A stretch of DNA of 63,302 bases, filler included, from Olpidium bornovanus S191 (taxonomy: Eukaryota > Fungi > Olpidiomycota): assembly GCA_017911155.1 (NCBI GenBank). It is 29 parts of 29 records of this genome, joined end to end, with 100 filler letters (N's around TTAATTAATTAA, not from the genome) between each part and the next. Parts side by side here need not be neighbours in the genome. Positions count along the whole stretch, not along the records: positions 47,478 to 50,277 come from JAEFCI010007316.1; positions 50,378 to 51,658 come from JAEFCI010001973.1; positions 51,759 to 52,785 come from JAEFCI010011245.1; positions 52,886 to 55,419 come from JAEFCI010000592.1; positions 55,520 to 56,956 come from JAEFCI010008744.1; positions 57,057 to 58,574 come from JAEFCI010001638.1; positions 58,675 to 61,205 come from JAEFCI010010743.1; positions 61,306 to 63,302 come from JAEFCI010006838.1; 21 more parts are not named here. One strand, written 5' to 3'. Position 1 is the stretch's first letter, and the number at the start of each line of letters is the position of its first letter. The notes under the pieces were generated by a model. That model was not told the origin of the DNA. It saw only the letters and a program-made list of their open reading frames with translations, and did no database searches. The position numbers and the translations under genes are program-made. This document shows, one piece after another, positions 48,766 through 61,733 of this stretch.

Positions 48766-48866
48766 AAGGGAGTGGGTTGCGTGTGGGGGTGGGGCTCACC
48801 GCCAAGCCACCTGAAGATCAGCAGCACGAGGCATAACGCGATGATGACGGCGACGGCGTCGTCCAT
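47577..48866 (-). CDS. Cue1/Cue4-like ER membrane CUE protein with a Ubc7-binding region
   Basis: N-terminal TM AVAVIIALCLVLLIFRWL; CUE VATVQSMFPDVRVEAIRADLSRTGSVAKTCDNIL; WAASPAQRQEVLRKRKEFMILQAR. Confidence 0.78.
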
Positions 48867-50377
48867 TCTCGTTTTGCTGAGAGACTTCGCGGGGAGGTGG
48901 TTGGAGTAGTGGTTTTTTTTTTTTCCCCTGCTCTCTGCTCTCTCTCTCTCTGCGCTCTGCTCTCTCTCTCTCTCTGCTCTTTCTCCGTCTGCGGTCGACC
49001 GGGGGACGGGCGGGCGAGAGAGCGGGGTTAGGGTTCGGGGCGGGGCGGGGCGGGGGTTTTCCGGGACCTCGCTCTCTCTCCTCCTCCTCCTCCTCCTCGT
49101 CTCTCTCTTTCCTCCAAACGGGAAGGAAGGGCGGCGCGGTTTTTTTGCTGGGGGCTGCTCTTGCTGTGCCGACGCAAAAGCCTCGTTTTCGCGAGGGAAC
49201 ACCGGCGCGTTCCCTGGTCGCCCCGGTCTGATAACCGCAGAAACCGTTGCGGGGCTGGAGCGGGCGCGCGCACCGCCCGTCGCCGTCGGGAATACAACAA
49301 ACGAAAGACGCTACCGCTCGGCCGCCGGCACGACCGCCGAGGCGTTTTTACATTAAACATGTTACGGGTTCAAGATAGACCACGACCGCGGTGCCGAAAT
49401 GGTATCGTATGGCAAGGAGGGGGGGGGGACAAACTTCGTGATGGCGATCAAATACGAAGAGCACGGCAAAGAGCCCGTCTTCATCCGCGCGTCTGCCGAA
49501 TTTCGAAAACGACAACAACCAAACCCCGGCGAAAATGCTCAGGAACTACATCGTCACGATCCCGGAGGCGTCGTACCCCACTCCTGCCGTCTACAAAGTA
49601 CTCCGCAACGAGATCGAACAGCCGGCGTAGGCGGGCCGCGGGTGCACCGAGCGTACCGGCGAGGCTCGGCATTTAAAAGGCGATACGGTTCGCACAACAA
49701 CATTAATTAGATTTCTTACAAGCCGATTCTTGGCTCACTTGAAAGGCCTCTTTCAAGGGCTTCAAAAAGGCGTCCAATGTTGTTGTCTGTCCCTTTGTAT
49801 TTGATTGCGCGGCAGAGGAGCGAATCTAGTTTGAATATACTTTGCTCGGCGAGGGCTTTCGTACTGGGGTTATTTGGAGGTGTGTGAAGTCTAAAACGTA
49901 TGGGCCATCCACACTTCGTAATAATCGCCTTCGTTTGTACGCACGGTGGTTAGCAACGTGATGCGGCGTTCGTTAGCAACACTCCCCCGTGACGTCAACT
50001 CCACCAAACTGGTGATGGTGTGACACGTCATTTTCCTCATTGCATTACGTCCGTCTGAGCTTCTTGCGCGGTTCCTGCCGAATCATCATCCTTCATCGTC
50101 CTTCTCGATAATGCCATCATCCCGCTGGAGCAGGCCCATGGCGTTCGGATGGAGCTCATGTCGCGCTGGCGGTTGCGCCTTCATCGGCACGTCCGCCACC
50201 ATCTTTTCTGATGAGACAGCTTCGAGGCACCCCCCCGCGTTCCGTCTGCTCTCGAAGAAACTGATGTCACACATGGANNNNNNNNNNNNNNNNNNNNNNN
50301 NNNNNNNNNNNNNNNNNNNNNTTAATTAATTAANNNNNNNNNNNNNNNNNNNNNNNNNNNNNNNNNNNNNNNNNNNN

Positions 50378-51658
50378 CGAAGAAGGCCTAAAGGGGTCTG
50401 CATAGCCGTAAGATCCCGGCTCGCCTCTTCAAGCTGGAACTGGTCGTATGCGGAGTAAAGGTCGCCCATGCTATAGATCGCACGCCCGGCAAACGCGTTG
50501 ACAAAATCATCGAGCAGCGGGACGACACTCGAATGGCGGATGATTACTCCGTTGGCTGGCTGCAGGTCTTGGATGAAACGCAACGTGCCGTCTTTCTTTG
50601 GGACTGTAAACCAGCGCGACGCATACGGGCCACAGCTCGGTTCCAACACGCGTCGCCTCACCCGGTCCTGCAGCAGTTTGAGTAATTGCTGATAATGCGC
50701 CCGCGGCACCGGCAATGGCTTCAATTTCCACGGCGAGGGCTCCACGGTAAACAGCACGAGTTGGGGAACCCGCTGCGGGTCTGCACAGCCGATTTCGGTG
50801 TCGTCGAGCGCGAAGGCGCGACCTCGCTGCGTGAGCATCATCCGAAACTCGCGTTCCTCCGCTTCCGTCAGCAGTCCATTGCAGTTCACTCGCAGTGCCG
50901 CCGCCGTTGCATCGGTAAAGGCATGCCCGATACTATCTGCCGGGCGCAAACGTGGTTCCCGCCGGGCGCGCTGTCGGGGAATATAACCCTTCCTCGAGGG
51001 GTTGCAGAAGGGCGGGATGGCTAGGGCCCTTGCTGCGGGGGATGCTAGCGACGACGGTGTGCAGGACGTACCTCTCTCCCCTCCGGAACACCCTACGGCG
51101 CCCTCCAGCGTCCGTGCCGACCAACTCCCTTCGATGGACCCTTCAAATGGGGCGCGGCGCTCGGCTCTTCCGCCTCTTCCCCTACTCCCATTCTCTTTGC
51201 TGCCTCCGCCTCGTTCCAGGGAGCGCGCCGACGCCGTTCGTAGGCGCTGCGGTCGCAAGGCAGCCGAGGGCGGGTGGGTTCGAACCGTTTGTTAATTATT
51301 AGTTTGGGAGGTTTATGCGCAAGGAAAAAGCTACGGAGTTGTAACGTGCGTACTACGTAATCTGCGCGTAGCGCTGTCTGGAGATTAATTGTAGTCGCCG
51401 TCTAGCTTTGGATCAGGGTCTGGTGTACGTGGAGTACAGGATTCTGAAAGTTCTGGGAATGTGCGAAGCTCTAGAGGTACGTGGCGTATGCGCTATATAG
51501 GCGCGTTTACCCTAGCCGCCGACGTAGCGAATATGTGGTGTGTGTGTTCAGACGTGCGCGCAGTACTGCGCGTACCAGTGCGCACCATCCGGTGCGCAAT
51601 ATCCGTGCGCAATATCTGGCCCGCCATACGTGGAGCGCAATATCCAGTATTGCGGCTC
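50378..51658 (-). mobile_element. Ty3/gypsy reverse transcriptase fragment with an upstream LTR-like block (51290-51658)
   Basis: LEPSCGPYASRWFTVPKKDGTLRFIQDLQPAN...FAGRAIYSMGDLYSAYDQF...TPLG; truncated before YxDD. The upstream block has a TATA-like element and GTGCGCAATATC repeats and ends TAACA. Confidence 0.85.
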
Positions 51659-51940
51659 NNNNNNNNNNNNNNNNNNNNNNNNNNNNNNNNNNNNNNNNNN
51701 NNTTAATTAATTAANNNNNNNNNNNNNNNNNNNNNNNNNNNNNNNNNNNNNNNNNNNNAGCACGCGGCGGGGCGGCGGGGGCGCGTATGTACGTGGGGAA
51801 GGGGGGAAGAAGGGGAAGGTGGGGGGAAGGGGAAGACAAAAAAAAAAACGCGCCGTCAGGAAAAAAAAAAAGGGGGGGGTGGGGTGGGGGCTCTACGACA
51901 GGCACACAAAAATAATTCGCCAACAGGACAGCTGGCTGAC

Positions 51941-52785
51941 CTCTGCTCGTGAACATGTCCGACGAATGCCTCCCGCTCAGCGCGAGCTTTCGGGGATACG
52001 GCCCGAGAAGCTCAATGATTTGAGCCATGTGGTCTGCCAGGAGCACGTACACAAACGTCAATGAGGGATGGGGGGGGGGGGAGGGCTGGGCGAAGCAACA
52101 TTCGCCACGTCGAGGCCCCGAATTCGGTCGCCGCGCTTACCGTCATCCTTTTGATACCGATCACCGGAGTGGGGGTCAAAAAGGTAATCGCCCGTCAACA
52201 ACTCGAAAATCTGTGCGACCACAATAAAAAAAAAAGAACCCGGGGCAGGCGCTGTGTCAACCGAGGCATCAATAATTCCCCAAGGAACGGCGGAACGACA
52301 GAAAACGAGAGAGAAAGATAGAAAGTACCATGCACGCCATGCTCCATATGTCCGCGCTTGGGCCCCACCGGCCGCCGATGATTACTTCAGGGCACCGGTA
52401 CTGCCTCGTCTGTATATCGTCGGTGAAGTGGTGGTTCACCCAGCACTGCGAGCAGAAAACGTAAAAAGACGCGTTTTCAGCAGAGGGACACGCAGGGAAG
52501 GGGGGGGGGTCCTCAATCGTCTTCCGCCCCTGCAAAAAATCGTCCCGGGCAACGGAAAACAGGAAACTCACCGCGTTCCCGAGGTCCGCGATCTTCACCG
52601 ATATTCTCTTCGGCGGAACCCACTCCGCCTTTCGACTCCGGTGTCGCGAAGACGTCCGCGACGACATGCAACTGCCGTCACCACGGGACGAAAGGCTGTG
52701 GGCACTACAATTCCACCTGGGCCTATCAGGAGACCGCAAGACGCGTGTTATGATGATGGTGCCCAAGGTCGACAACCTAAACGCC
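51941..52785 (-). CDS. SR-protein kinase (Sky1/Dsk1/SRPK), C-lobe exons
   Basis: VKIADLGNA|CWVNHHFTDDIQTRQYRCPEVIIG...ADIWSMACM|IFELLTGDYLFDP...KDD|DHMAQIIELLG. Confidence 0.92.
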
Positions 52786-52971
52786 NNNNNNNNNNNNNNN
52801 NNNNNNNNNNNNNNNNNNNNNNNNNNNNNTTAATTAATTAANNNNNNNNNNNNNNNNNNNNNNNNNNNNNNNNNNNNNNNNNNNNAAAAAAAAAAAAAAA
52901 ACGTCGCGTCTCCGCAAGCGGGGACAATTTTCCCCACCCACCACCACCACCGCCACCACCGCCTGTCTTAC

Positions 52972-55419
52972 CTCTTTTATGGCCGAAGCGAGCGCGCCGA
53001 GCGAATCGCGGTCGAGGTAGTTGGTCGGCTCGTCGAGCACGAGCATGTGCGGCCTGTTCCACATGGCGGCGCCGATGACAAGGCGGACCTTCTGGCCGCC
53101 GGAGAGGCCGCGGATGTGGGCGTGGCTGCCGAACTCGGGCTCCAGGCCCACGTCAATCAAGTGCTTCTCGATCTCCTTCTGGGTCAGCGGCCGGTTGAGG
53201 CCCTGGGCAGCGGCCTCCGCCGAGTCGACCTCGGCGATCATCTTGTGCAGGCCCATTTCTTCGAGCGTCTTGCGCGGCAGCCACGTGTTGTCGGCCGACA
53301 TCCGGTCCTTCCACGACACCTCGTACTCGTACGACTGCTTCAGCTTGCGCCGTCGCAGCACCTGATCCACCACCTTCTTCTCCCCCTCGATGACGTGCAC
53401 CTTGGACGCCGCCGCCCGGTCCTCCTCCGTCTCCTGCCGCGTGACTTTCTCCAGCTCCTCGCGGTCCTCGCCTGATGCGTACCGCCACTGGATGTACTGG
53501 TTCGGAGTCTGGCCGAGGTGCTGCTCGATGTGGTGGAACGCGTGCTGCGCAACGTAGGCGATGCGGAGGTTCGGGTGCTTCCACACCGTCCCGTCCGTGG
53601 GCTCCAGCTCACCGGTGAGGATCTGTCCGGAGACGGAATTTCACAGGCCGCGTCGGTTGACAACGAGTCCGAAAACACGCAAAAATCCTGCGAAAAAAAA
53701 AAGCGAAAAAAAATCTCCGGCCCGAACCGGGAAACGCCCAGAGTTACGAATTCCCCCCCCCCCCCTTCCGCCTCCTCCCCCCACCCCCCGCCCTCCGAAC
53801 CTTGATCATCGTGGACTTCCCGGCACCGTTGGGCCCGATAACCGCTACGCGCGAAGAGAGGGAGCACTGGAACGTGATTCCTTGGAGCTGCTTCTTTCCG
53901 GACCCGGGGTAGGAGAACTCGACGTCCTTCATCTTGAGGATGGCTCTCTCCTTAGTCTTCACGCCTTCCAGGTACCCCGGCTCGGGGAAGCGGAACTTCT
54001 GCTCAGATGCGCCGAGCTCGTAGTACGACTTGGCCTTGGGCACTCGCGTGACGAAGGCGGACAGGTTCCCCTTGTAGGACACCAGCTTGAGGTGCTCGTA
54101 GTGGATGATGGTGGTGACGACCTTGTCGAGGAAGCCGCTGTCGTGGGACACGATCAAGGACGTGACGTTCTTGAGGCCAAGGAGGTAGTTCTCCAGCCAC
54201 GCGACGTTCACAACGTCCAAGTGGTTGGTGGGCTAAATCGCGACGACAATCAATGAAAGAAAAATCACCGATCGCCACGCGAGTGGCCGACGCTCTCTTT
54301 TTCTTTCCCCGTCTCAAAACGGTTCGGAACGGCAGAAGGGCCGCACCTCGTCCAAAAGCAGTATGTCCGCCTTCTCGAGCATTGCGCGAGCCAAGGCGAG
54401 TTTCATTTTCCAGCCTCCGGACAGAGACCCGACGGGTGCGGACACCATTTCGTCCGAAAAGCCGACTTCCTTGAGAGCTTTCTTGACGTCGGCCTTGTTC
54501 ATCTCGGCAAGCAGCGGATCCTGCAAGATGAACTCGTCGCACGGGGTGTCGGCCTCGTTGGCGTCGATGTCGTGCTCGACGTAGACGGTGCGGAGTTCGG
54601 ACTTCGGCGGGAAGCCCTCGACTTGTTCGTTGGCGATCGCCTTTTTTTTTTTTTTTTTTTTTGAAACCAAATTTCGTTTTAGCGCAAAGTGCGCTCTTCC
54701 CACCCCCACCTCCCAAGGTTCTCGCCTCTAAGCAACGAAATAAAAAAAATTCCCGGAGGTGCACCGCCGTCCCCCGGGCTAACGCCCTTTTCCCCCTTCT
54801 TATCACCTTCATCAGCGTCGACTTTCCGGTGCCGTTCGCGCCGCACAGTCCGTACCGCTTGCCGCGCTTGAGGTGCAGGCGGGTGCGGTTCAGAAGGACC
54901 TTGGCGCCGTAGGCGAGGGAGAACTCGCAGTTGCAGAGGTCTTCGCCCTCCTCCTCGTCGTCGGCGGCCTTCTTCTTTTCGGCCGAGGCTTCGAAGCACC
55001 GGTCGAGGAACTCGAGCGCGACGGCGGCGGCATCGGCCTCGGACACGATGGCGGAAACGTAGGGCACGACGGCCTCCTTCCACGCCGGCTTGTCAAAGTT
55101 TTTGACCAGGGTGAGCTGCGCGCACATCTTGGCGACGTGCTGGACGATCGACTCGTTGTCCCCCTCGATCGCGGCCGCCCTGGCTTTCAGCGCGTCCTCG
55201 AGCGCAGCCTGGGTCTTGGGGATGTCGACGACGCGCGTGGCGGTTTCCGGGACGACGCCGTCGACGGCGCCCGACACACGGAGCAGGGTGGCGATGGCTT
55301 TGTCGATGACGATGCAAGCCTCGGGGTCGGACACCTCGACAGAGATCTTCTGCAGGCCCGGAAGCATTTTGGGGAGGAACGGGCGGACGAAGTCGGGATC
55401 GTCGACCAGCTTGCACATG
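52972..55419 (-). CDS. YEF3: Elongation factor 3, paralog B (canonical), internal part
   Basis: [23 protein letters not shown]1 GANGTGKST / [15 protein letters not shown]2 GPNGAGKST, chromodomain [43 protein letters not shown]. Confidence 0.95.
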
Positions 55420-55534
55420 NNNNNNNNNNNNNNNNNNNNNNNNNNNNNNNNNNNNNNNNNNNNTTAATTAATTAANNNNNNNNNNNNNNNNNNNNNNNNN
55501 NNNNNNNNNNNNNNNNNNNAACCCCCCCCCGCGG

Positions 55535-55567
<33 letters not shown>

Positions 55568-55573
55568 ACCCCC

Positions 55574-55610
<37 letters not shown>

Positions 55611-55614
55611 CGCC

Positions 55615-56144
55615 TGCGTGAACACACGGCGACCGGGGACCGCACCGTCGGGCGGTTTGGGACGAGCGACGGCTCGGGCGAGAGGTGAGACGGAGAAGGC
55701 GGGGGAAGGCGGCATACCGGAGCCTCCGAAGTCTCCGTGGCCGTCGTCGCGGAAGCGCATGACCGCCTGACCGCGGCCGTAGAAGGCGGGCGGCCCGTGG
55801 CGGCGGTCGCCGCGACCGTGGCCTCTCCACGCCGCGTCGGCGCTTCGCCGTCTGGGGCCCGAAGGCGCGCCGCAGCCGCGTCCTCGACCTTGGCCTCGAC
55901 CGCAAGAGGGATCTCGCGCGCCGCCCCGTCCTCCTCCCGGTCCCCGTCCTCGTCCTCGTCCTCGTTCTCCTCGTCCTGCTCCTCCTCCTCCTCGTCCTGC
56001 TCCTCCTCCTCCTCGTCCTCGTCCTCGTCCTCCTTCTCCTCCTCCTCGTCCTCCTCCTCCTCCTCCGACGCCGCTGCGGCCGCGGAGAGGGGAGTCGCGG
56101 GGGGTGGGGCCGCGCAGGGGCTTGTCCTTCTTCTTCCTGGCCAT
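55615..56144 (-). CDS. N-terminal exon of an RGG-rich protein
   Basis: MARKKKDK...RGRGRG repeats, with a probable GT donor after GRR; family unknown. Confidence 0.4.
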
Positions 56145-56514
56145 CTGGCTTTTTCTTCCTCTCTCTCTCTGTCTCTCTGTCTGTCTGTCTGTCTTTCGTT
56201 CCCCCGGGGGGAAAAGGGCGCGTGCGTGCGTGGGTGTGTGCGTGCGTGTGTGCGTGCGTGTGTGCGTGGGTGTGTTAGGGGGGCATGTGTGGGAAAGAAA
56301 AGCGGGAGAACCACTGGGAAAGAGAGAAGACGGGGAGGAGGGGAAAAAGATGATGAGGGCGGGGAAAAAGAGGAGGGGAGGGAGGGAGGAGGAAAAGAAG
56401 ACCGGAGCATCAAATGTTGGATATTGGTGTCCACGTTCAACTGCATTTTAAGTGAGTATCCAATTAGTAATGTATTGGAAAGACGACGGGAAAGAAAGAC
56501 GGAGAGGCGAGAGC

Positions 56515-56519
56515 AGAGA

Positions 56520-56554
<35 letters not shown>

Positions 56555-56611
56555 AGAGAGAAGAGAGAGAGAAGAGAGAGAGAGAAGAGAGAGAGCGAGC
56601 GAGCGAGAGAG

Positions 56612-56642
<31 letters not shown>

Positions 56643-56710
56643 GGACTGAGAGAGAGCAGAAAGAAAAGCGAGAGAGAGCACAGAGAGAGAGAGAGGGACA
56701 GCAGAGAGAG
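56515..56710. repeat. Imperfect (GA)n microsatellite; similar tracts at 24623-24740 and 61321-61584
   Basis: Directly visible. Confidence 0.95.
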
Positions 56711-56889
56711 AACCAAAAATTTTCTTTTCTTTCTTTTCCTTCCTTTTCCTTTCCTTTCCTTTCTTTTCTTTCTTTCTTCGTTCAAGAAATGCCCCCCCCT
56801 CTCGCTTCTCGTTTTTTTTTTTTTCAGAGTCGTTTTCCACACGCGCGCAAACGCAAAACACACGCTCGCACGCACGCACGCCCCACACG

Positions 56890-56927
<38 letters not shown>

Positions 56928-57236
56928 CCCCCCCCCCCCCACCCTCCCCCCGCCCCNNNNNNNNNNNNNNNNNNNNNNNNNNNNNNNNNNNNNNNNNNNN
57001 TTAATTAATTAANNNNNNNNNNNNNNNNNNNNNNNNNNNNNNNNNNNNNNNNNNNNCATGCTGGGGGGTTTTTGTCCGGCGCGCAGCGCAAGGCGTGAAT
57101 TCAAATAGGCCCCTTTTTTATAAAGCGGGAAAAAAAAAACAGAAAAAAAAAATTGCCGGCTTTCCCCGGTGACGCGCCGTTTCTGTTTTCCTTCTCATTT
57201 TCTTCTTTCGACAACATTTTTGGTCACGGGCCTTAC

Positions 57237-57836
57237 AGTCGTTGTTCGAACGCGTAATCTGCTGGAGCTTGAAATTCACCGAAGCCTGCGCGTAATCTTC
57301 GTTCAGCACGTCGATCTGGCATCGGATCTGCTGGTCGGAAACGTCTCCTCCCCCTTTACCTGGCAGATTGAAAAAAAGACTTCCCCGGTATAAGATTTTC
57401 GGCGTTTTTTTTTGGCCGAGTCGACGAACCGGGGGACCGCAACCCCCCACCCCCGCATCCATTTTAACCCCGTACCGTCCCGAATCACGTGCGCGTAGAC
57501 CGTGATCGGCGGTATCCGGAAGTCGGCGGACGTTCTCCTCTCGGCGTCGGCGATGGTCGTCTGGTCGACCTGCAGCTGCGCGTCGTTTTCCGCGGAACGA
57601 CCGGCTCCGACGACGGAAGACCGGAAGACAAGCCTTGCTGAGCGGTCTTATGTATTATTTTTTTCCCGCCACTCCCCTCCGCGGGCGATGGGGACGCGCG
57701 GCGAAAGCTTTCCCTCGCCCCCCTTTCCTACCTGGTCTTGAGAGGGTTCGGACATACCGCACGCTCGTTGAATCGCGGCCGCGAACGCCGCGTAGTGTAG
57801 CAAGAGGCTGCCGACGATTGAAGCGGACGGCTTCAT
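57237..57836 (-). CDS. Secreted M43B (pappalysin/ulilysin-like, MEP1-type) zinc metalloprotease, N-terminal part
   Basis: Signal peptide, pro-domain ACG Cys, ITVYAHVI, GDVSDQQIRCQIDVLNEDYAQASVNFKLQQITR. The HExxH site lies beyond the contig end. Confidence 0.78.
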
Positions 57837-58423
57837 TTTTGTTTTGTTTTTTTTTTATTTGCGGGGTCTCTCCCACACCCCGCGACAGACGAGCGGCGCC
57901 TCCTCTCCTGCAGCGAGGGCAAATACGCAGGTGCACCTGACGAGACCAGCGGACAGCAAAACCGGAAGGCGGGGGAAGAGGGGCGGAGGAGGGGGATCGC
58001 GGCGAAACGAGGCGGGTCCCCGGGCCGGCCCCGCCTGGCGGGCGGTTCGCTTTTCGGCCAAGGCGTTTTGCGCCCGAGCTCGCCGGCAAGACAACAACCC
58101 CCTCCGCTTCCCCCTCCTCTGGCTGCGCCTCGATCGGGACACCACACGGGGGGGTTGTCTGCTTTATTCTTCTTCTTTTTTTTTTTTTTTTTTTTTTGGT
58201 TTTTCACGCGGTCTGAGCGTGTTTTGTTCCTGGAAGAGAAGGAACGGCCTTTTCACAGAAACGCCCCGCAGGCACGGTTATTTCCCGCGGCGAGGACGTG
58301 GGGAGAGAGGAAGGTTGGGATGCGGGGGAAAGGGAAAGGGACGCGTGCGCGCGGAAGTGGGTGTGAGGGGCCGGGGGGGCGCGGGGGGAAGACAGGGGCG
58401 CGGGGGGTGCGGCGGGGGGGGGG

Positions 58424-58456
<33 letters not shown>

Positions 58457-58674
58457 CGGGGAAGAATGTCGCGGAGTAGCGGGGTACTTTTTGGCTATTC
58501 TTCGCTTCCCCGGTGCGCATTACAGTCCCCTTCCAAAATGGGTCGCGTTTTCCGCCGTGTGTTTTATGCTGTCGNNNNNNNNNNNNNNNNNNNNNNNNNN
58601 NNNNNNNNNNNNNNNNNNTTAATTAATTAANNNNNNNNNNNNNNNNNNNNNNNNNNNNNNNNNNNNNNNNNNNN

Positions 58675-60776
58675 AGGACCGATGGCGCATACCCTCGGCA
58701 GATGCCGATCAATTCGGCCAGTTGGAGTATTAGCTGTTCGCACGCAGGTTGGAGTTGTTTATTTGCCAGCCTCAGGAGACTTTCAAATTTCATGTCCGCC
58801 AGCTCAATCCATTTGTTCAGTGTCTAAACAAAAGCAACGAACAACGCGATGATAAATGGCGCGACAGAGAACAACCTTTGGCAGATCCAGAAACGTTTAT
58901 AGGTTTATTCACAAACCCGGTCAGTGAGTTCTCGCTGGACGTACTGATCCAAAGACGGACTCGGGATTCCACGACCAATCAGCAAGGCAAATTCTACTGC
59001 CGGCGTGGTCTCGACTGTGCATGAAATCAACAAGGCAATAAAAGGGGTTGCGTGCAGAAAGCTTAGTCGCGCACCTCCCGTCGTCGCACGAAAAACTAAA
59101 GCGCGTCGCTCTAGCGTAAAGCGCACCTGCGTTGTCGTCAAGCAATTCTTGGAGCACGTTCAGGTTTCTGGAAGTCAGTTGGGAAAGCGCCCTGAACTCC
59201 CTCTCGAGGGAATCGAGGCTGTCCGTCATGTATCCGAGCAGGAAATTGATTTGCGCTGCGGAAATGGCCAGTAGACGAATTTCTCGCGCGGAATGCGCAA
59301 TAACCCCCGAGTCGAGTGTCACGCAGATCTCTTTCGTTTCGTCGTCGGCGGTCGGCGGCGTTGACCCTGGTGCGTGGACGACAGCTGTGATCCCGATCCT
59401 CGAGAAGTCACGGGTAAGTTCCGCATCAACCATCAGGTATTGCTTGGCGAAACAGATGCGTTGACAATGTCAACAAACAGGGATAGAATTCGACAACCGC
59501 GGGCGCCCTGACTTACAGCTAGCTGCGTCGGGCGAAGCGGGGGCACGGATACGGGGATGCACAAAACACCGAACAAACTGCGCCCTAGTAAATCACTGCG
59601 ATGACATTCGGCAAATTTCGTAGCCCTGCTTGGGAACCGCGACTCACCAAAGGTATATATTCCCACGGGATTCGCCGGCGACAACCACGTCTAAGTTTTC
59701 GCCATACCGCTCAACAAGCAGACGAGGTACCGTCGGTCCTTGATCTATTCGCGCGTGCAACAGGGCACCGCTGCTTTAAAATATGTTAGCCTCAGGCTGT
59801 TTGTAACAAACAGTGTGAAAACACAAAAAAAAATGGAGTATTCGCGCGGGAATTGACCCACGTCGTGCCGGTCGGCATCTTCACAAGCGCCGGGAGATTG
59901 CCTTGCACGCTTTGGAGTGATCGGCTGTGCCTTACAAGTCGACCCTGACATAGAACATGAGGATGCAGCACAACGGGCATCACGTGGACGAGCGCAAAGT
60001 AGCTTTTAGGCTTGTAAGGAAAAGTACCTTCGACTTGCGGCCGGAAAGTTCAAGCTTCACCCATTGCAAAAACGTTATGCTCCCGCTCTGATCCGTCGGA
60101 CGAACGCTGATAGAGTCAATCACCTCTCCGGTGTTCACGGCGTGGTACCGAATGATACCGTTTGAGAGGGCAACACCGATGACGTCGCCTGGTAAGAGCA
60201 CGGAAAAAGTGGCGACAGCGCAGTCAAAATCCGAGAAACCCGACTTTGAAATCGATCCCGCCACGCCCAGGGATCGCGCTGCTTGAAGGGAAGCATCAAT
60301 TTTGCGTTACCGTCTGGCTTCCACGCAACAGCCACAGCGCGTGGCAATGCGCCGTCCGGCGCCGCTTCTTTCGGCGCCGAGGCCTTCCAGAGCTCCCAGG
60401 ACTGAGTCCTTGTCGTACGCCGAAGCTCTAGTGCGCCGTCCTCAGACAATACGGCAGTGAGATCCGCCGTTGGACACCGGCACAACAGAGGATAGCGCTC
60501 GCGTATACCGGCGCGAGCGCCCTTTCCGGCTGCGTGCAGATTGTGGGGTCCGTCGACTTCGTCCATTGGGGCCCGAATAGAGTGGATCGCGTTGCAAAAC
60601 TTCCCAAAGCTGTTTACCGTCCGCCGTCCGTCCACTTCATGCGACCAGCGTTGAACGACGCAGCGCGGGCAGAAGTGATTTTGTTCCTTTCTCCGACCTC
60701 CCTGTCGTTTCTGCCGCGAGTCGTCCGCGGAGCGCCGCGCGGCGGGCAGTCTGCCAGTCGCCGTGGGTGCTTTCAA
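58675..60776 (-). CDS. APC4: Anaphase-promoting complex subunit 4, N-terminal WD40 and long domain, 3'-truncated
   Basis: CPTADLTAV...LRRT...W...AVAWKPDG|DVIGVALSNG, QINFLLGYMTDSLDSL, FALLIGRGIPSPSLDQY. Confidence 0.82.
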
Positions 60777-60877
60777 ACTTTCAAAAGCGTGCGCTCATCA
60801 GAGAACACAATGAACGCCGTCGCCCGGGGAAAGCACCAGCGTGCACATCCCCACATCCACTGACGACGAGCACAGCC

Positions 60878-61146
60878 ATGCCTGGACGTTTCCCAAGGGT
60901 TGCCCCCGTCTATGGCGCACACAAGACTGGTGAGGTTTTTATTATCACCTAACGCGGAAGAGCATTATATGTATGATGAAGGGTATGCGGGCGGGGATGT
61001 TGATATATGCAAAGTGCTAAATTTGGAGATGACCACAAGGGGCCCCGACGGCGGCGCAGGCCCCGCGAACGAAGACACCGTTACTACCGGAAGGCCTTCG
61101 GTCGGGCGTGCTGGCATTGGCAGAACCTTCAGCAAGAAAAAGCAGG
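60878..61146 (+). CDS. First two exons of an unidentified protein, head-to-head with APC4
   Basis: MPGRFPRVAPVYGAHKT|EHYMYDEGYAGGDVDICKVLNLE...KKKQ| with GTGAGG donor and AG acceptor. Confidence 0.4.
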
Positions 61147-61318
61147 TCCTGATAAAATACATCGGTCTCGCTTGGAAAAAGAAAAAAAAAAAACCGCAAA
61201 CCATGNNNNNNNNNNNNNNNNNNNNNNNNNNNNNNNNNNNNNNNNNNNNTTAATTAATTAANNNNNNNNNNNNNNNNNNNNNNNNNNNNNNNNNNNNNNN
61301 NNNNNGGTTGTTAGCGCG

Positions 61319-61350
<32 letters not shown>

Positions 61351-61391
61351 GCGCGTGAAGAGACAGAGGAAGAGAGAGAGAGATGAGAGAC

Positions 61392-61509
<118 letters not shown>

Positions 61510-61569
61510 GAGAGAGCGAGAGAGAGAGAGAGAGAGAGGCAGAGAGAGAGACAGAGAGAGGTAGAGAGA

Positions 61570-61733
61570 GCGACAGAGAGAAAGATGGGTGCCCCGCACG
61601 ACACACCAGCCAAACGTCGTTCCAAAAATAGGTCACGCCTTGCCCATTCTCCCCGCGACAGAGAGAAAGAGGGTGCCCCGCACGACACACCAGCCAAACG
61701 TCGTTCCAAAAATAGGTCACACCTTGCCCATTC
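61570..61733 (+). repeat. Near-perfect tandem duplication, period about 84 bp
   Basis: GCGACAGAGAGAAAGA(T)GGGTGCCCCGCACGACACACC...TGCCCATTC occurs twice; the 63-bp cores at 61587 and 61671 differ at one base. Confidence 0.92.
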
